Part shown: positions 31,891 to 41,747 of the stretch, piece after piece | Position numbering within the stretch: the first letter of the stretch is position 1 | How the letters are laid out: every line of letters begins with the position of its first letter | From: an uncultured Alphaproteobacteria bacterium | Lineage (GTDB): Bacteria > Pseudomonadota > Alphaproteobacteria > Rhizobiales > Xanthobacteraceae | NCBI GenBank assembly: GCA_963789455.1 | Contig: CAWBLD010000013.1 | Location: forward strand, 65,559 to 129,558 | Length of the DNA: 64,000 bases | Direction of reading: 5' to 3' | Translations under genes and position numbers: made by a program | The notes under the pieces: generated by a model | What the model saw: only the letters and a program-made list of their open reading frames with translations | Database searches by the model: none | Told to the model about the DNA's origin: nothing

Positions 31891-33338
31891 CCCGCTTTCT
31901 CCCCAAAAGCTTCCTGCCCAAGAGCCTGTTCGGCCAGACGCTGCTGATCCTGCTGTTCGGGCTGGTGATCTCGCATGCGATCGGCGCCTGGATCTATGCC
32001 GGCGCGCGCGAGCAGGCGGTGCGTGCGATCGGCGGCTTCGCGGCGGCCCAGCGCGTCGCCAACCTCTCGCGGCTGGTGGAGGAAGCGCCGGCCGATTGGC
32101 GCCCGCGCATCGTGGCGGCGCTGAGCGATCCCACCTTCCGCGTCGCGCTTATGGCCCAGCCGCCCGAGCAATTGCCGGCCGACGCCGACGGCGCCGCCAA
32201 GGCGATCGAGGAATACGTGCTGGAGCAGCTTCCCGAAGGGCCCGATCGCCAAGTGCGAGCCGCCGTTCTGGAGCCGACCGATCAGCCGCCCGGCGCGCTG
32301 TTCGGCGCGCCGTTCGGCCGCCGGCCGTTCCAGGGACCGATGGGCGATCCGAATAGAATGGGCATGATGATGATGCACGGCATGATGGCGCCGAATTTTG
32401 GCGCAGGGCGCGGCCTGCAGGTGGCGGTCAGGCTGAGCGACGGCCAATGGCTGTCGTTTGCCACCACGCTGCCGCAGGGCGCGCCTTCCGTGTCGTGGCA
32501 ATTCATCATCTCGATGGCGTTGATGGGTTTGATCGTGCTCGTGGTCTCGATCTGGGCGGTGCGGCGCGTCACCGCCCCGCTGGGCATGCTGTCGGCCGCC
32601 GCCGACCGTCTCGGCCGCGATGTCGGGGCCGAGCCGCTCGCCGAGGCCGGCACCATCGAAATGCAGCGCGCCGCACGCGCTTTTAATCGCATGCAGGAGC
32701 GGCTGCGCCGGATGGTCGAAAGCCGCACCCAGATGCTGGCGGCGCTGTCGCACGACCTGCGCACGCCGCTGACACTGTTGCGCCTGCGCGCGGAGGTAGT
32801 CGCCGACAGCGAGGAGCGCGACAAGATGCTGGCGACAATCGGCGAGATGGATGAGATGATCGGGACGACATTGGCTTTCGCGCGCGACGAAGTGCGCGCC
32901 GAGCCGCGCCGGCGCGTCGATATCGCCGCGCTGCTCGCCAGCATCGTGGACGACATGGCCGACGCCGGACTGCCGGTGACCATGGCGCCGGCGGCGCCGC
33001 ATATCCATGACTGCCAGCCGAATGCATTGAAGCGCGCGCTCACCAACCTGCTCGACAACGCGGTGAAATACGGCAAGCGCGCGCAAGTCGCGATCGCCAC
33101 CGCGGGCAAAGCGATCGAAATCACCATTGACGACGAGGGACCGGGAATTCCCGACGCGGAGTTGCCGAAAGTGTTCCAGCCGTTCTACCGGGTCGAGGAT
33201 TCGCGCAGCCGCGACACCGGCGGGACTGGCTTAGGCCTTGCGATCGCGCAATCCATCGTGCAGGCCCATGGCGGCGAACTCACCCTCGCCAACCGGCCGG
33301 GCGGCGGCTTGCGCGCCTCAATCAAGCTGCCGGTCTAG
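31887..33338 (+). CDS. Sensor histidine kinase (2 TM, HAMP) with a Met/His-rich periplasmic loop
   Basis: H-box SHDLRTPL, N-box NLLDNAVKY, DEGPGI and GTGLGL. Confidence 0.95.
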   Translation: MTRFLPKSFLPKSLFGQTLLILLFGLVISHAIGAWIYAGAREQAVRAIGGFAAAQRVANLSRLVEEAPADWRPRIVAALSDPTFRVALMAQPPEQLPADADGAAKAIEEYVLEQLPEGPDRQVRAAVLEPTDQPPGALFGAPFGRRPFQGPMGDPNRMGMMMMHGMMAPNFGAGRGLQVAVRLSDGQWLSFATTLPQGAPSVSWQFIISMALMGLIVLVVSIWAVRRVTAPLGMLSAAADRLGRDVGAEPLAEAGTIEMQRAARAFNRMQERLRRMVESRTQMLAALSHDLRTPLTLLRLRAEVVADSEERDKMLATIGEMDEMIGTTLAFARDEVRAEPRRRVDIAALLASIVDDMADAGLPVTMAPAAPHIHDCQPNALKRALTNLLDNAVKYGKRAQVAIATAGKAIEITIDDEGPGIPDAELPKVFQPFYRVEDSRSRDTGGTGLGLAIAQSIVQAHGGELTLANRPGGGLRASIKLPV

Positions 33339-33451
33339 GGCGGCGCGCTCGATTAGCCGCCAATTGACCCCCCGGTTTGAACCGATAAATTCAAGGTTCC
33401 GGATAATCGCCGCATGCGATCTGTCTTCACAAAGGCGCGCCCGCTTTAAGT

Positions 33452-34927
33452 ATGGACCAACCCGCAATCACTCTGCCGCAGGCGTTCGACCGCGCCGTTG
33501 CCGACTACGAGGCGGGCAAATACGTTGAGGCCGAAAAACAATGCGAACAGATCGCCGCGGCCAAACCTGATTACTTCGATGCAATTTATCTTCTCGCCGT
33601 CGTTCAACGGCGGCAAGGAAAATACCGGGCGGCGCTGGTCAATTTCGACCGCGCCCTCGCGCTCCGGCCCGGCTTTGCCATAGGCCATTGCAATCGCGGC
33701 AATAATCTTCAAGCGCTGAATCGGCATGAGGAGGCGCTGGCGTGCTTCGACCGCGCGATTGAATTGCGGCCGGATCTTGCCATGGCCTATTCCGACCGCG
33801 GCGTGATCTTTCACACGCTGAGCCGGTTTGAAGAGGCGCTGGCGAACTTCGATCGCGCCATCGCGCTTCAGCCCGGCTACGCCATCGCGTACTTTAATCG
33901 CGGTCTTACCCTTCACGAGCTGCGACGATGCGAGGAAGCGGTGGCGAGCTACGAGCGCGCGATCGATCTGCGGCCGAACTTTGCTGAAGCGCGCCTTAAT
34001 CAATCGCTGTCTCGGCTGCTGCTCGCCGATTTCGCGCGCGGTTGGCAAGGGTACGAATGGCGTAGGAAGGTCAAATCGCCGGGGAACACCTGGCGCGATT
34101 TCGTTCGGCCGCAGTGGTTTGGGCAAGAAGATATCGCGGGCAAGACAATTCTTCTCCCCGCGGAGCAAGGTTTCGGAGATACCATCCAGTTCTGCCGCTA
34201 CATTCCACTGGTCGCGGCGCGCGGCGCCCGCGTCGTTCTGGAAGTTCTGCCGCCGTTGGTTGAGCTAATGACCACGCTCAGCGGCACATCGCAGATTGTC
34301 CGCAAAGACGACCCGTTGCCCGAATACGATATCCATTGCCCATTGCTCAGCCTGCCGCTGGCATTCGGGACGCGGCTTGCGACGATTCCATCGGCGGCGC
34401 CTTATCTACGCGCCTCATCGCAGGACATAACGCATTGGGACAGCCGGCTGGGGCCGCAACACCGCCCGCGCATCGGCCTGGCCTGGTCCGGCGAGCCGAC
34501 CCACCCGAACGATCGCGCCCGATCTATTCCGCTCCGTTCCCTGCTATCGCTGTTGGATATCGATGCGACGTTCGTAAGCCTGCAGAAGAATGTCCGCGCC
34601 GCGGACGCGACGGCGCTGCAAGCGCGCGACGATCTTCTCCATTTCGGCGACGCCCTGAAAAATTTCGCCGACACGGCCGCACTCGTCGCCAATCTGGATC
34701 TCATCATCTCGATCAATTCCAGCGTCGCTCACCTCGCCGGTGCGCTGGCAAAACCGGTCTGGGTGTTGCTGCCCTTTATCCCCGACTGGCGCTGGCTGCT
34801 CGATCGCACCGACAACCCCTGGTATCCGACCGCGCGGTTGTTTCGGCAAGATGACACCCGCGCTTGGGATAATGTCATCGCGCGCGTTCATGCCGCGCTG
34901 GGCGAATTCGTGCAAAGCCGTTCATGA
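33452..34927 (+). CDS. TPR-repeat protein with a GT9-like glycosyltransferase domain
   Basis: Repeated 'EEALA.FDRAI.L.P', then 'EQGFGDTIQFCRY', 'AHLAGAL' and 'DWRWL'. Confidence 0.88.
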   Translation: MDQPAITLPQAFDRAVADYEAGKYVEAEKQCEQIAAAKPDYFDAIYLLAVVQRRQGKYRAALVNFDRALALRPGFAIGHCNRGNNLQALNRHEEALACFDRAIELRPDLAMAYSDRGVIFHTLSRFEEALANFDRAIALQPGYAIAYFNRGLTLHELRRCEEAVASYERAIDLRPNFAEARLNQSLSRLLLADFARGWQGYEWRRKVKSPGNTWRDFVRPQWFGQEDIAGKTILLPAEQGFGDTIQFCRYIPLVAARGARVVLEVLPPLVELMTTLSGTSQIVRKDDPLPEYDIHCPLLSLPLAFGTRLATIPSAAPYLRASSQDITHWDSRLGPQHRPRIGLAWSGEPTHPNDRARSIPLRSLLSLLDIDATFVSLQKNVRAADATALQARDDLLHFGDALKNFADTAALVANLDLIISINSSVAHLAGALAKPVWVLLPFIPDWRWLLDRTDNPWYPTARLFRQDDTRAWDNVIARVHAALGEFVQSRS

Positions 34928-34996
34928 GCCGAGCGGACTGGCGCAGCCGGGGCGCACCAAATAGGTTTGTCATCCTGCCGTTTTAGGCGACCCACC

Positions 34997-35695
34997 GTGA
35001 CCGCTGTCGAAATCAAAGTCCTGAGCACCCACGCCGCCTTCGAGGTGTTAAGTGAGCTCGGCCCCCGGTTCGAGCGCGCCACCGGTCACCGGCTATCGAT
35101 CCGTTACGATCCGACCGCCGTGATCAGGAGACGGATCGACGACGGCGCTGCGTTCGATGTTGCCGTCGTGACGCGGCCGGTGATCGACGAGCTGGCCGCG
35201 CAGGGCAAAATCATTCCCGATTCATGCATCGATATCGGGCGCTCGGGGCTCGGCGTCGCCGTGCGCGCGGGCGCGCCCAAGCCCGACATCGGCACCGTCG
35301 AAGCCTTCAAGCGCACGCTGCTCGCCGCCAAGTCGGTCGTGCGCTCCCAGGACGGCGCCAGCGGCCAGTATTTCACGACGCTGCTCGACCGCCTGGGTAT
35401 TGCCGAGGCCATGCGCGGGAAAGTCCGCTTGGGCGCGAGCGGCCGCGTGGCCGAGCTGGTCGCCAGCGGCGAGGTGGCCATGGCCGTGCAGCAGATCGCG
35501 GAACTCTTGCCGGTGCCGGGCGCGCAATTCGTCGGGCCGTTTCCGCCCGACTTGCAAGTCTACACGGTCTTTGCGGCGGGCATCGGCAGCGCGGCCACGA
35601 ACCGGGAAGCCGCCGCGGCCTTGATCGGCACATTGACCGCGCCGTCGGCGGCAGCGCTGTTCAAAGCCAAGGGGCTTGAACCGATCCTTCGATGA
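34997..35695 (+). CDS. ModA-like substrate-binding domain protein without a signal peptide
   Basis: 'FERATGHRL', 'GAPKPDI' and 'QQIAELLPVPG'. Confidence 0.8.
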   Translation: MTAVEIKVLSTHAAFEVLSELGPRFERATGHRLSIRYDPTAVIRRRIDDGAAFDVAVVTRPVIDELAAQGKIIPDSCIDIGRSGLGVAVRAGAPKPDIGTVEAFKRTLLAAKSVVRSQDGASGQYFTTLLDRLGIAEAMRGKVRLGASGRVAELVASGEVAMAVQQIAELLPVPGAQFVGPFPPDLQVYTVFAAGIGSAATNREAAAALIGTLTAPSAAALFKAKGLEPILR

Positions 35696-35740
35696 GTGGC
35701 CTATTCCGGACCTAACCGGCGGCTGCCGCAGGAGAGCGCG

Positions 35741-36895
35741 ATGACGCGACCGTTCGAGGGGATCCGGGTGATCGACGCCACCCATGTGCTGGCGGGGCCG
35801 TTCGCCACCTATCAGCTGGCCGTGCTGGGCGCCGACGTGATCAAGGTCGAACATCCCGACGAGCCCGACCAGAGCCGCGGCGCCGGTACCGACAAGGAAC
35901 TCAACCGCCGCAACATGGGCACGGCGTTCCTGACGCAAGGCTCCAACAAGCGCTCGATCACGCTCGATCTGAAACTTGAGAAAGATCGCGAAAAACTAAA
36001 AAAGCTGGCCGCCACCGCCGACGTATTCGTGGAGAACTACCGGCCCGGCGCGTTCGAGGCGCTCGGCCTCGGCTACGAGGCGCTGGCGGCGATCAATCCG
36101 CGGCTGATCTACGCCTCGTTCTCGGCCTTCGGCCAGAGCGGGCCGCGTGGGCCGCAAACCGCCTACGACCACGTGATCCAGGCCACTTCCGGCATCATGG
36201 CGATGACCGGCACCAGGGAAGTCAATCCGATCAAGTTCGGTTCGCCGGCGGTCGACTACGCCACCGGCATGACCGGCGCCTTTGCGTTATCGGCGGCGCT
36301 GTTCCAGCGCGAACGCACCGGCAAGGGCCAGCGCATCGACATGGCCATGCTCGACGTGGCGATGATCCTGATGAGCTCGCATCTCACCGGCTACTTGCGC
36401 AACGGCGTGCATCCCAAGCCGCACGGCAACCGCCATCCGCACGCGACCAACGGCGCCTTCGCCACCAAGGACGGGCTGGTGATGCTGGGCGCCAGCAATC
36501 TGCGGCAACAACGCCGGTTATGGACGCTGCTCGGGCGCCCCGACATGATCAAGCAGACCAATGACGAGCGCGACGCCGACCACGCGCGCGAAATCGCGGC
36601 GCTGGAAGAGATCATGCTGACGCGCAGCGCCGACGAATGGGAGGCGTTCCTGCAGGCCAACCACGTGCCGGCCGCACGCGTGCGTACGATGGGAGAAGCC
36701 GTCGCCGATCCGCAGCTCGCGACCCGCGGCATCATCCACCGCCATGAAGGCGGCGCCGGCATCGAGGGCGGCTTCGGCGTGCCGCTCGCCGCCTTCACGT
36801 TCGCGCATGGCGGCCCGCGCATCGATTCGACGCCGCCCATGCTCGGCCAGCATAACGAAGAAATTTTCAGCGAACTCGATCGCGGCAAGCGCTAG
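35741..36895 (+). CDS. Family III CoA-transferase (CaiB/BaiF)
   Basis: 'LAGP', 'LGADVIKVE', 'NKRSITLDL', 'ENYRPG' and 'AYD'. Confidence 0.93.
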   Translation: MTRPFEGIRVIDATHVLAGPFATYQLAVLGADVIKVEHPDEPDQSRGAGTDKELNRRNMGTAFLTQGSNKRSITLDLKLEKDREKLKKLAATADVFVENYRPGAFEALGLGYEALAAINPRLIYASFSAFGQSGPRGPQTAYDHVIQATSGIMAMTGTREVNPIKFGSPAVDYATGMTGAFALSAALFQRERTGKGQRIDMAMLDVAMILMSSHLTGYLRNGVHPKPHGNRHPHATNGAFATKDGLVMLGASNLRQQRRLWTLLGRPDMIKQTNDERDADHAREIAALEEIMLTRSADEWEAFLQANHVPAARVRTMGEAVADPQLATRGIIHRHEGGAGIEGGFGVPLAAFTFAHGGPRIDSTPPMLGQHNEEIFSELDRGKR

Positions 36896-36921
36896 AGCGT
36901 ACCCCGTCGAGCCATTTTTCG

Positions 36922-36950
36922 GTCGTTCCCGCGTAAGCGGAAATCCAGAG
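36922..36950. repeat. Half copy of family B repeat
   Basis: GTCGTTCCCGCGTAAGCGGAAATCCAGAG. Confidence 0.55.
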
Positions 36951-36964
36951 CGACGATTGCATCG

Positions 36965-37840
36965 CTAGCGCGCCGCAATCGCCTTCGCGATCGCCACCGT
37001 GCGGCGCGCCATGTCGGCATGCAGGCGCTCGACCATGCGGCCGTCGATCGAGACCACGCCCTTGGTCTTGTTCTCCGGCAGATCGAAGGCGGCGATCATC
37101 TTGCGCGCCATTGCGACCTCTTCCGCCGACGGCGAAAACGCCGCGTTGCAGGGCTCGATCTGGTTGGGGTGGATCAGCGTCTTGCCGTCGAAGCCGAGTT
37201 CCACGCCCTGGCGGCATTCGGCGGCGAAACCCTCGGCATTGCCGATGTCGTTGTAAACACCGTCGAGAATATCGATGCCGTAAATGCGCGCCGCTGCGAT
37301 GCAGGTGGAAAGCCAGGACAGCATCGGCGCGCGGCCGGGCACCAGGCGCGCGCGGGTGTCCTTGGCGAGATCGTTGGTGCCCATGACGAAGCCGGCGAGA
37401 CGCGATTCGGAGTCTCTCGCCTCGGCGGCGATGGACAGGACGTTGAAAATGGCGAGCGGCGTCTCGATCATCGCCCACACCCGCGTCTTGTGGTCGGTGC
37501 CCATGTCGAGCAGGCGGCGGCCAATCATTTCGAGCATGTGCGGGTTCACGATCTTCGGCACCAGGATGGCGTCGGGCGCGGCATGGGCGGCGGCGGCCAA
37601 ATCGTCGGCGTGCCAGGGCGTGTCGACCCCGTTGACGCGGATGAACACCTCGCGCGCGCCGAAGCCGCCGGCCTTGACGGCATCTATTACCTGCCGGCGC
37701 GCCGCTTCCTTGGCATCGGGCGCCACCGAATCCTCGAGATCGAGGATGACGCCGTCGGCGGGCAGCGTTTTCGCCTTCTCCAAGGCACGGGCATTGGAGC
37801 CCGGCATGTAAAGCACGCTGCGGCGCGGGTGGATGGTCAT
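36965..37840 (-). CDS. CitE-family CoA-ester lyase, (3S)-malyl-CoA thioesterase (Mcl2)-like
   Basis: 'RRSVLYMPGSN', 'DLEDSVAP', 'GTNDLAK' and 'GFDGKTLIHP'. Confidence 0.85.
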   Translation of the reverse strand: MTIHPRRSVLYMPGSNARALEKAKTLPADGVILDLEDSVAPDAKEAARRQVIDAVKAGGFGAREVFIRVNGVDTPWHADDLAAAAHAAPDAILVPKIVNPHMLEMIGRRLLDMGTDHKTRVWAMIETPLAIFNVLSIAAEARDSESRLAGFVMGTNDLAKDTRARLVPGRAPMLSWLSTCIAAARIYGIDILDGVYNDIGNAEGFAAECRQGVELGFDGKTLIHPNQIEPCNAAFSPSAEEVAMARKMIAAFDLPENKTKGVVSIDGRMVERLHADMARRTVAIAKAIAAR

Positions 37841-37903
37841 GCGGGCAACTCTATCGGCCATTGGAAAACTAGCAAGCGCCTGGTCGCACGGCGCCAGCTA
37901 AAC

Positions 37904-37974
37904 CCGCTCATTCCCGCGCAAGCGGGAAGCCAGAATCAAAAACACTGGGTCCCCGCTTGCGCGGGGACGAGCGG
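37904..37974. repeat. Palindromic repeat, family B
   Basis: CCGCTCATTCCCGCGCAAGCGGGA...CTGGGTCCCCGCTTGCGCGGGGACGAGCGG. Confidence 0.85.
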
Positions 37975-37981
37975 ACCTTTT

Positions 37982-39580
37982 CTACTTGCCGGCGGCGATG
38001 CCGCCCGGCTTGAGGATTCGGTAAAGCTGGAAGCGGTCGCCGTCGGCGATCAGCTTCAGGCGCGCCGGATCGGGATTGGGCGCCTCGTCCTCGGTAAAGA
38101 GAACGTAGAGATAATCGAACTTCGGCCAGTTCAGCCAGAACGCCGGCATCCAAGGTAGCGGGCGATCGGCTGCGACGATGAGCTGCGACACCGACGGCGG
38201 CACCCCATCCTTGAGATCGGCAAATTTGCGGAATTCGGGACGGACGTGCACCACCTGCTTGCCGTCCACGGTGAACAGCGTGGTGACCAGCGCGGAGCGC
38301 TCGATGGTCGCGATGCAGGCGGCGTGCACGAGGCCGAGATCGCGCACGTCGTCGCCGAAGGAGGAGCGATCGGCATAAGCAACGAACACCTTCGAGCCCG
38401 GCGCGATGCGGCGCACCGAGGAGCGGAACTCGCTGGTGGAATCCGACAATTGCGACCAGTTGTAATCGATCTCGATCAGCCGCGCGGCGATCAGCACGAT
38501 CAGGACGATCATGAAAGCGCGCCGCACCAGACGGCGCCGCAACTCCAGATCGCCGCATGCGAACAGCATGAAGACGACGCCGATCGGCACGCGCTGGTCG
38601 GTCATGTAGGTGTCGAACATCAGCCGCGGCAAAGCCAGATACACGATGCCGCCGACGGCGAGCAGCGGCCAGACCAGGGGATGAAATTTCAGCACCCGAT
38701 GGCGGATCGCCCAGGCCGCGCTGGCGACAATCACCGTCAGGAGCAGGAAGGCGGCGATGTCGGAATAGTCGCTGATGACGTACATCAGCCCATCGATCTT
38801 GCCGCGCTGTTCCCAGCTGAAATTCGAAATGAGATGCATGGTCGGACTGGCATAGAGCAGCGGCGCCACGGCGAGGAACGGCAGGCCGGCGGCGACGAAA
38901 TCGACGATGCGGCCCGGCCAGGGTTCGAGCCGCCGCTCCCACAGCCGCGAAATCTCGAACGCGAGCACGCCGATGCCGTAGATGCCGAGAGCCGAGAGAT
39001 GGCAGAAAAACAGCGCGATGACGCAAGCCGTCGACAGTGCAAAGCGGATCGGCCAGGCTCGCTCGCGCGCCGCGATCCAACCGGCCAGCGCCCACAGGGC
39101 AACGCCGATTCCGAAAATGTAGTTCATCAATCCGACAAGGAAGACGTAGTTGTAGAGCAGCGGAATGGCAAACAGCGGGAACATCGACCAGCGGCCGATC
39201 AACGCCCGGTTCAGCGCCAAAATTCCTGAAATGATGAGCGCAAACATCGCGACGAGGAAGACCTGGCCGGCCAGGTAGACGTTCAGGACGCGCGCCAGCA
39301 GCGGCACGAAGAGATCCATGGTCAGGTTGGGGATCACCTGCCAGTCGATCTCGTAGTATTGGGCGAGCAGCGGATTCTTCGACAGCGTCGCGATCACCTG
39401 CATGCGCGCCAGGTGATTGACGTAGTCCGACAGCGGCGGCAGCGGATGCGTCCAGATCGGAATCGAAATGAGCAAGGTGAAGGCCGCGAACAGCACGCCG
39501 ATTTGCGGCGCCGAAAAGCCATGCCCGCGGGAGCGCGGCGATGGCAGACTTGAAATCGTTGGCTTGTTCGGCTGTAGCAT
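37982..39580 (-). CDS. Polytopic membrane protein, possible GT-C glycosyltransferase
   Basis: Many TM segments, first-loop 'PPLSDYVNHLAR' and 'PNLTMD', and a soluble C-terminal domain. Confidence 0.7.
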   Translation of the reverse strand: MLQPNKPTISSLPSPRSRGHGFSAPQIGVLFAAFTLLISIPIWTHPLPPLSDYVNHLARMQVIATLSKNPLLAQYYEIDWQVIPNLTMDLFVPLLARVLNVYLAGQVFLVAMFALIISGILALNRALIGRWSMFPLFAIPLLYNYVFLVGLMNYIFGIGVALWALAGWIAARERAWPIRFALSTACVIALFFCHLSALGIYGIGVLAFEISRLWERRLEPWPGRIVDFVAAGLPFLAVAPLLYASPTMHLISNFSWEQRGKIDGLMYVISDYSDIAAFLLLTVIVASAAWAIRHRVLKFHPLVWPLLAVGGIVYLALPRLMFDTYMTDQRVPIGVVFMLFACGDLELRRRLVRRAFMIVLIVLIAARLIEIDYNWSQLSDSTSEFRSSVRRIAPGSKVFVAYADRSSFGDDVRDLGLVHAACIATIERSALVTTLFTVDGKQVVHVRPEFRKFADLKDGVPPSVSQLIVAADRPLPWMPAFWLNWPKFDYLYVLFTEDEAPNPDPARLKLIADGDRFQLYRILKPGGIAAGK

Positions 39581-39815
39581 GGGGGGACTGGCTTTCATCC
39601 TTCAGTCGTCGATCGCACCTGAACAAGTAATGAACATGGCGCGGCTCCGGCGATGGAATGTCACAAAACGGGGACCCGCGCGCCTAAAAATTGCGATTTT
39701 TCCGGCCTGAACGACGCCCCGGCCGCAGGATTGCCGGCTGCGTTTCGGGCATGGCGTTTGCTTGGCTTTTCGCGGAAAGCTCATCAAATAGACAGGCACC
39801 GATCGAAGGATAGCA

Positions 39816-40454
39816 ATGGCTTTTCCGCAACGACTGATCGATGGCTATAACGCCTTCGCCGGCGGCCGGCTGCAGCGCGAGCAGGGCCGCTATCGCGAGC
39901 TGGCCGAGCGCGGCCAGTCCCCCGAGATCATGGTGATCGGCTGCTGCGATTCGCGGGTCTCGCCCGAGGTGATCTTCGACGCCCGACCCGGCGAATTGTT
40001 CGTCGTGCGCAACGTCGCCAATCTCATCCCGCCCTATTCGCCCGACGGCACTTATCATGGCGTCTCCGCCGCGCTCGAATTCGGCATCGGCGCCTTGCGG
40101 GTGCAACATATTGTGGTGCTCGGGCATGCCCATTGCGGCGGCGTGCGCGCCTTCGCCGAGGAGCACGCGCCGCTGTCGCCCGGCGACTTCATCGGCCGCT
40201 GGATGTCGCTGCTGGCGCCGGCGGCGAAAAAACTCGGCCCCCGCGGCGACACGGCCCCGGCGGATTATCTTAGACGGCTGGAGCAAGCCGCGATCGTCAA
40301 TAGCCTGGACAACCTGATGACGTTCCCGCGCCTGGCCGAGCTGATCGAGAAGGGCAAGGTCGCAACGCACGGCGCCTATTTTGGCGTCGCCACCGGCGAT
40401 TTGTCGGTGCTGGATCGGGCGAGCGGGGAGTTCAGGCCGATCGCAGGCAAGTGA
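39816..40454 (+). CDS. Beta-class carbonic anhydrase
   Basis: CCDSRV, RNVAN and GHAHCGG zinc ligands. Confidence 0.96.
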   Translation: MAFPQRLIDGYNAFAGGRLQREQGRYRELAERGQSPEIMVIGCCDSRVSPEVIFDARPGELFVVRNVANLIPPYSPDGTYHGVSAALEFGIGALRVQHIVVLGHAHCGGVRAFAEEHAPLSPGDFIGRWMSLLAPAAKKLGPRGDTAPADYLRRLEQAAIVNSLDNLMTFPRLAELIEKGKVATHGAYFGVATGDLSVLDRASGEFRPIAGK

Positions 40455-40481
40455 GTGCGACCTCCCCGCGAATGCAGCGCA

Positions 40482-40598
40482 GCTCCCTCTCCCCATGGGG
40501 GAGAGGGTTGGGGTGAGGGGGCAAGTAACTTATCGATAGGCTCTATCCCCTCACCCGGCGCACTTCGTGCGCCGACCTCTCCCCCTGGGAGAGGTGAA
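40482..40598. repeat. Palindromic repeat, family D (CCCTCTCCC..GGGAGAGGG / CCCCTCACCC)
   Basis: Multi-hairpin element; homologous copy at 4559-4733. Confidence 0.8.
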
Positions 40599-40600
40599 GG

Positions 40601-41635
40601 CTACGCCGCCTTGCGCTTGGCCTCGATCAGCTTGCGATTGATCAGGCACTCGGCGATCTGCACCGCGTTGAGCGCGGCGCCCTTGCGCAGATTGTCGGAG
40701 ACCACCCAGATCTGCAGACCGTTATCGACCGTGGGGTCGGTGCGGATGCGGCTGATGTAAGTCGCGTCCTCGCCGACGCATTCATAGGGTGTGACGTAGC
40801 CGCCGGGCTCGTGCTTGTCGATCACCAGGCAGCCGGGCGCGTTGCGCAGAACGGCGCGCGCCTCCTCGACGCTGATCGGCTTTTCGAACTCGATGTTCAC
40901 CGCTTCGGAATGGCCGACGAACACCGGCACCCGCACGCAGGTCGCGGTGAGCTTGATCTTGGGATCGAGAATCTTCTTGGTCTCGACCACCATCTTCCAT
41001 TCTTCCTTGGTGTAGCCGTCCTCCATGAACACATCGATCTGCGGAATCAGATTGAACGCGATGCGCTTGGGGAATTTCTTGGTTTCGATCTCGCCGAGCG
41101 TGAACACCGCCTTGGTCTGCGTGAACAGCTCGTCCATCGCCTCCTTGCCGGCGCCCGACACCGATTGATAGGTCGCCACCACCACGCGCTTGATGGTGGC
41201 CTTGTCGTGCAGCGGCTTGAGCGCGACCACGAGCTGGGCGGTCGAGCAGTTCGGATTGGCGATGATGTTCTTCTTGCGGAAACCGGCGACCGCGTCGGCG
41301 TTCACCTCCGGCACGATCAGCGGCACGTCCGGGTCCATGCGCCAGGCGCTGGAATTGTCGATCACCACCGCGCCCTGCGCACCGATCTTGGGCGACCACT
41401 CCTTCGACACCGCGCCGCCGGCCGACATCAGGCAGATGTCGACGTCGGAGAAATCATAGTGGTCGAGCGCCTTCACCTTCAGCGTCTTGTCGCCGAACGA
41501 GCACTCCTGGCCGATGCTCTTGCGCGAGGCCAGCGCCACCACCTCGTCGGCGGGAAAAGCCCGCTCGGCCAGAATGGCGAGCATTTCGCGCCCGACATTG
41601 CCGGTGGCACCTACCACGGCGACCTTGTAAGCCAT
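40601..41635 (-). CDS. asd: Aspartate-semialdehyde dehydrogenase
   Basis: GATGNVG, 'ANPNCST' and 'DNLRKGAALNAVQIAE'. Confidence 0.98.
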   Translation of the reverse strand: MAYKVAVVGATGNVGREMLAILAERAFPADEVVALASRKSIGQECSFGDKTLKVKALDHYDFSDVDICLMSAGGAVSKEWSPKIGAQGAVVIDNSSAWRMDPDVPLIVPEVNADAVAGFRKKNIIANPNCSTAQLVVALKPLHDKATIKRVVVATYQSVSGAGKEAMDELFTQTKAVFTLGEIETKKFPKRIAFNLIPQIDVFMEDGYTKEEWKMVVETKKILDPKIKLTATCVRVPVFVGHSEAVNIEFEKPISVEEARAVLRNAPGCLVIDKHEPGGYVTPYECVGEDATYISRIRTDPTVDNGLQIWVVSDNLRKGAALNAVQIAECLINRKLIEAKRKAA

Positions 41636-41747
41636 TGTTAACTCTCCGAAAAATTGATCGGTGCGCAATGACACGGCACAACCGATTGGCAGCGCTTCTA
41701 AGCGAGAACGGAGCCTGTGACAACCGCGGCCTGCTGGAGCCAAGGCC

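Noticed and set aside
33452-34927. TPR-glycosyltransferase as part of the metal locus or as a defence gene
   Set aside because: Common, often multi-copy family. No shared operator or other link beyond adjacency.
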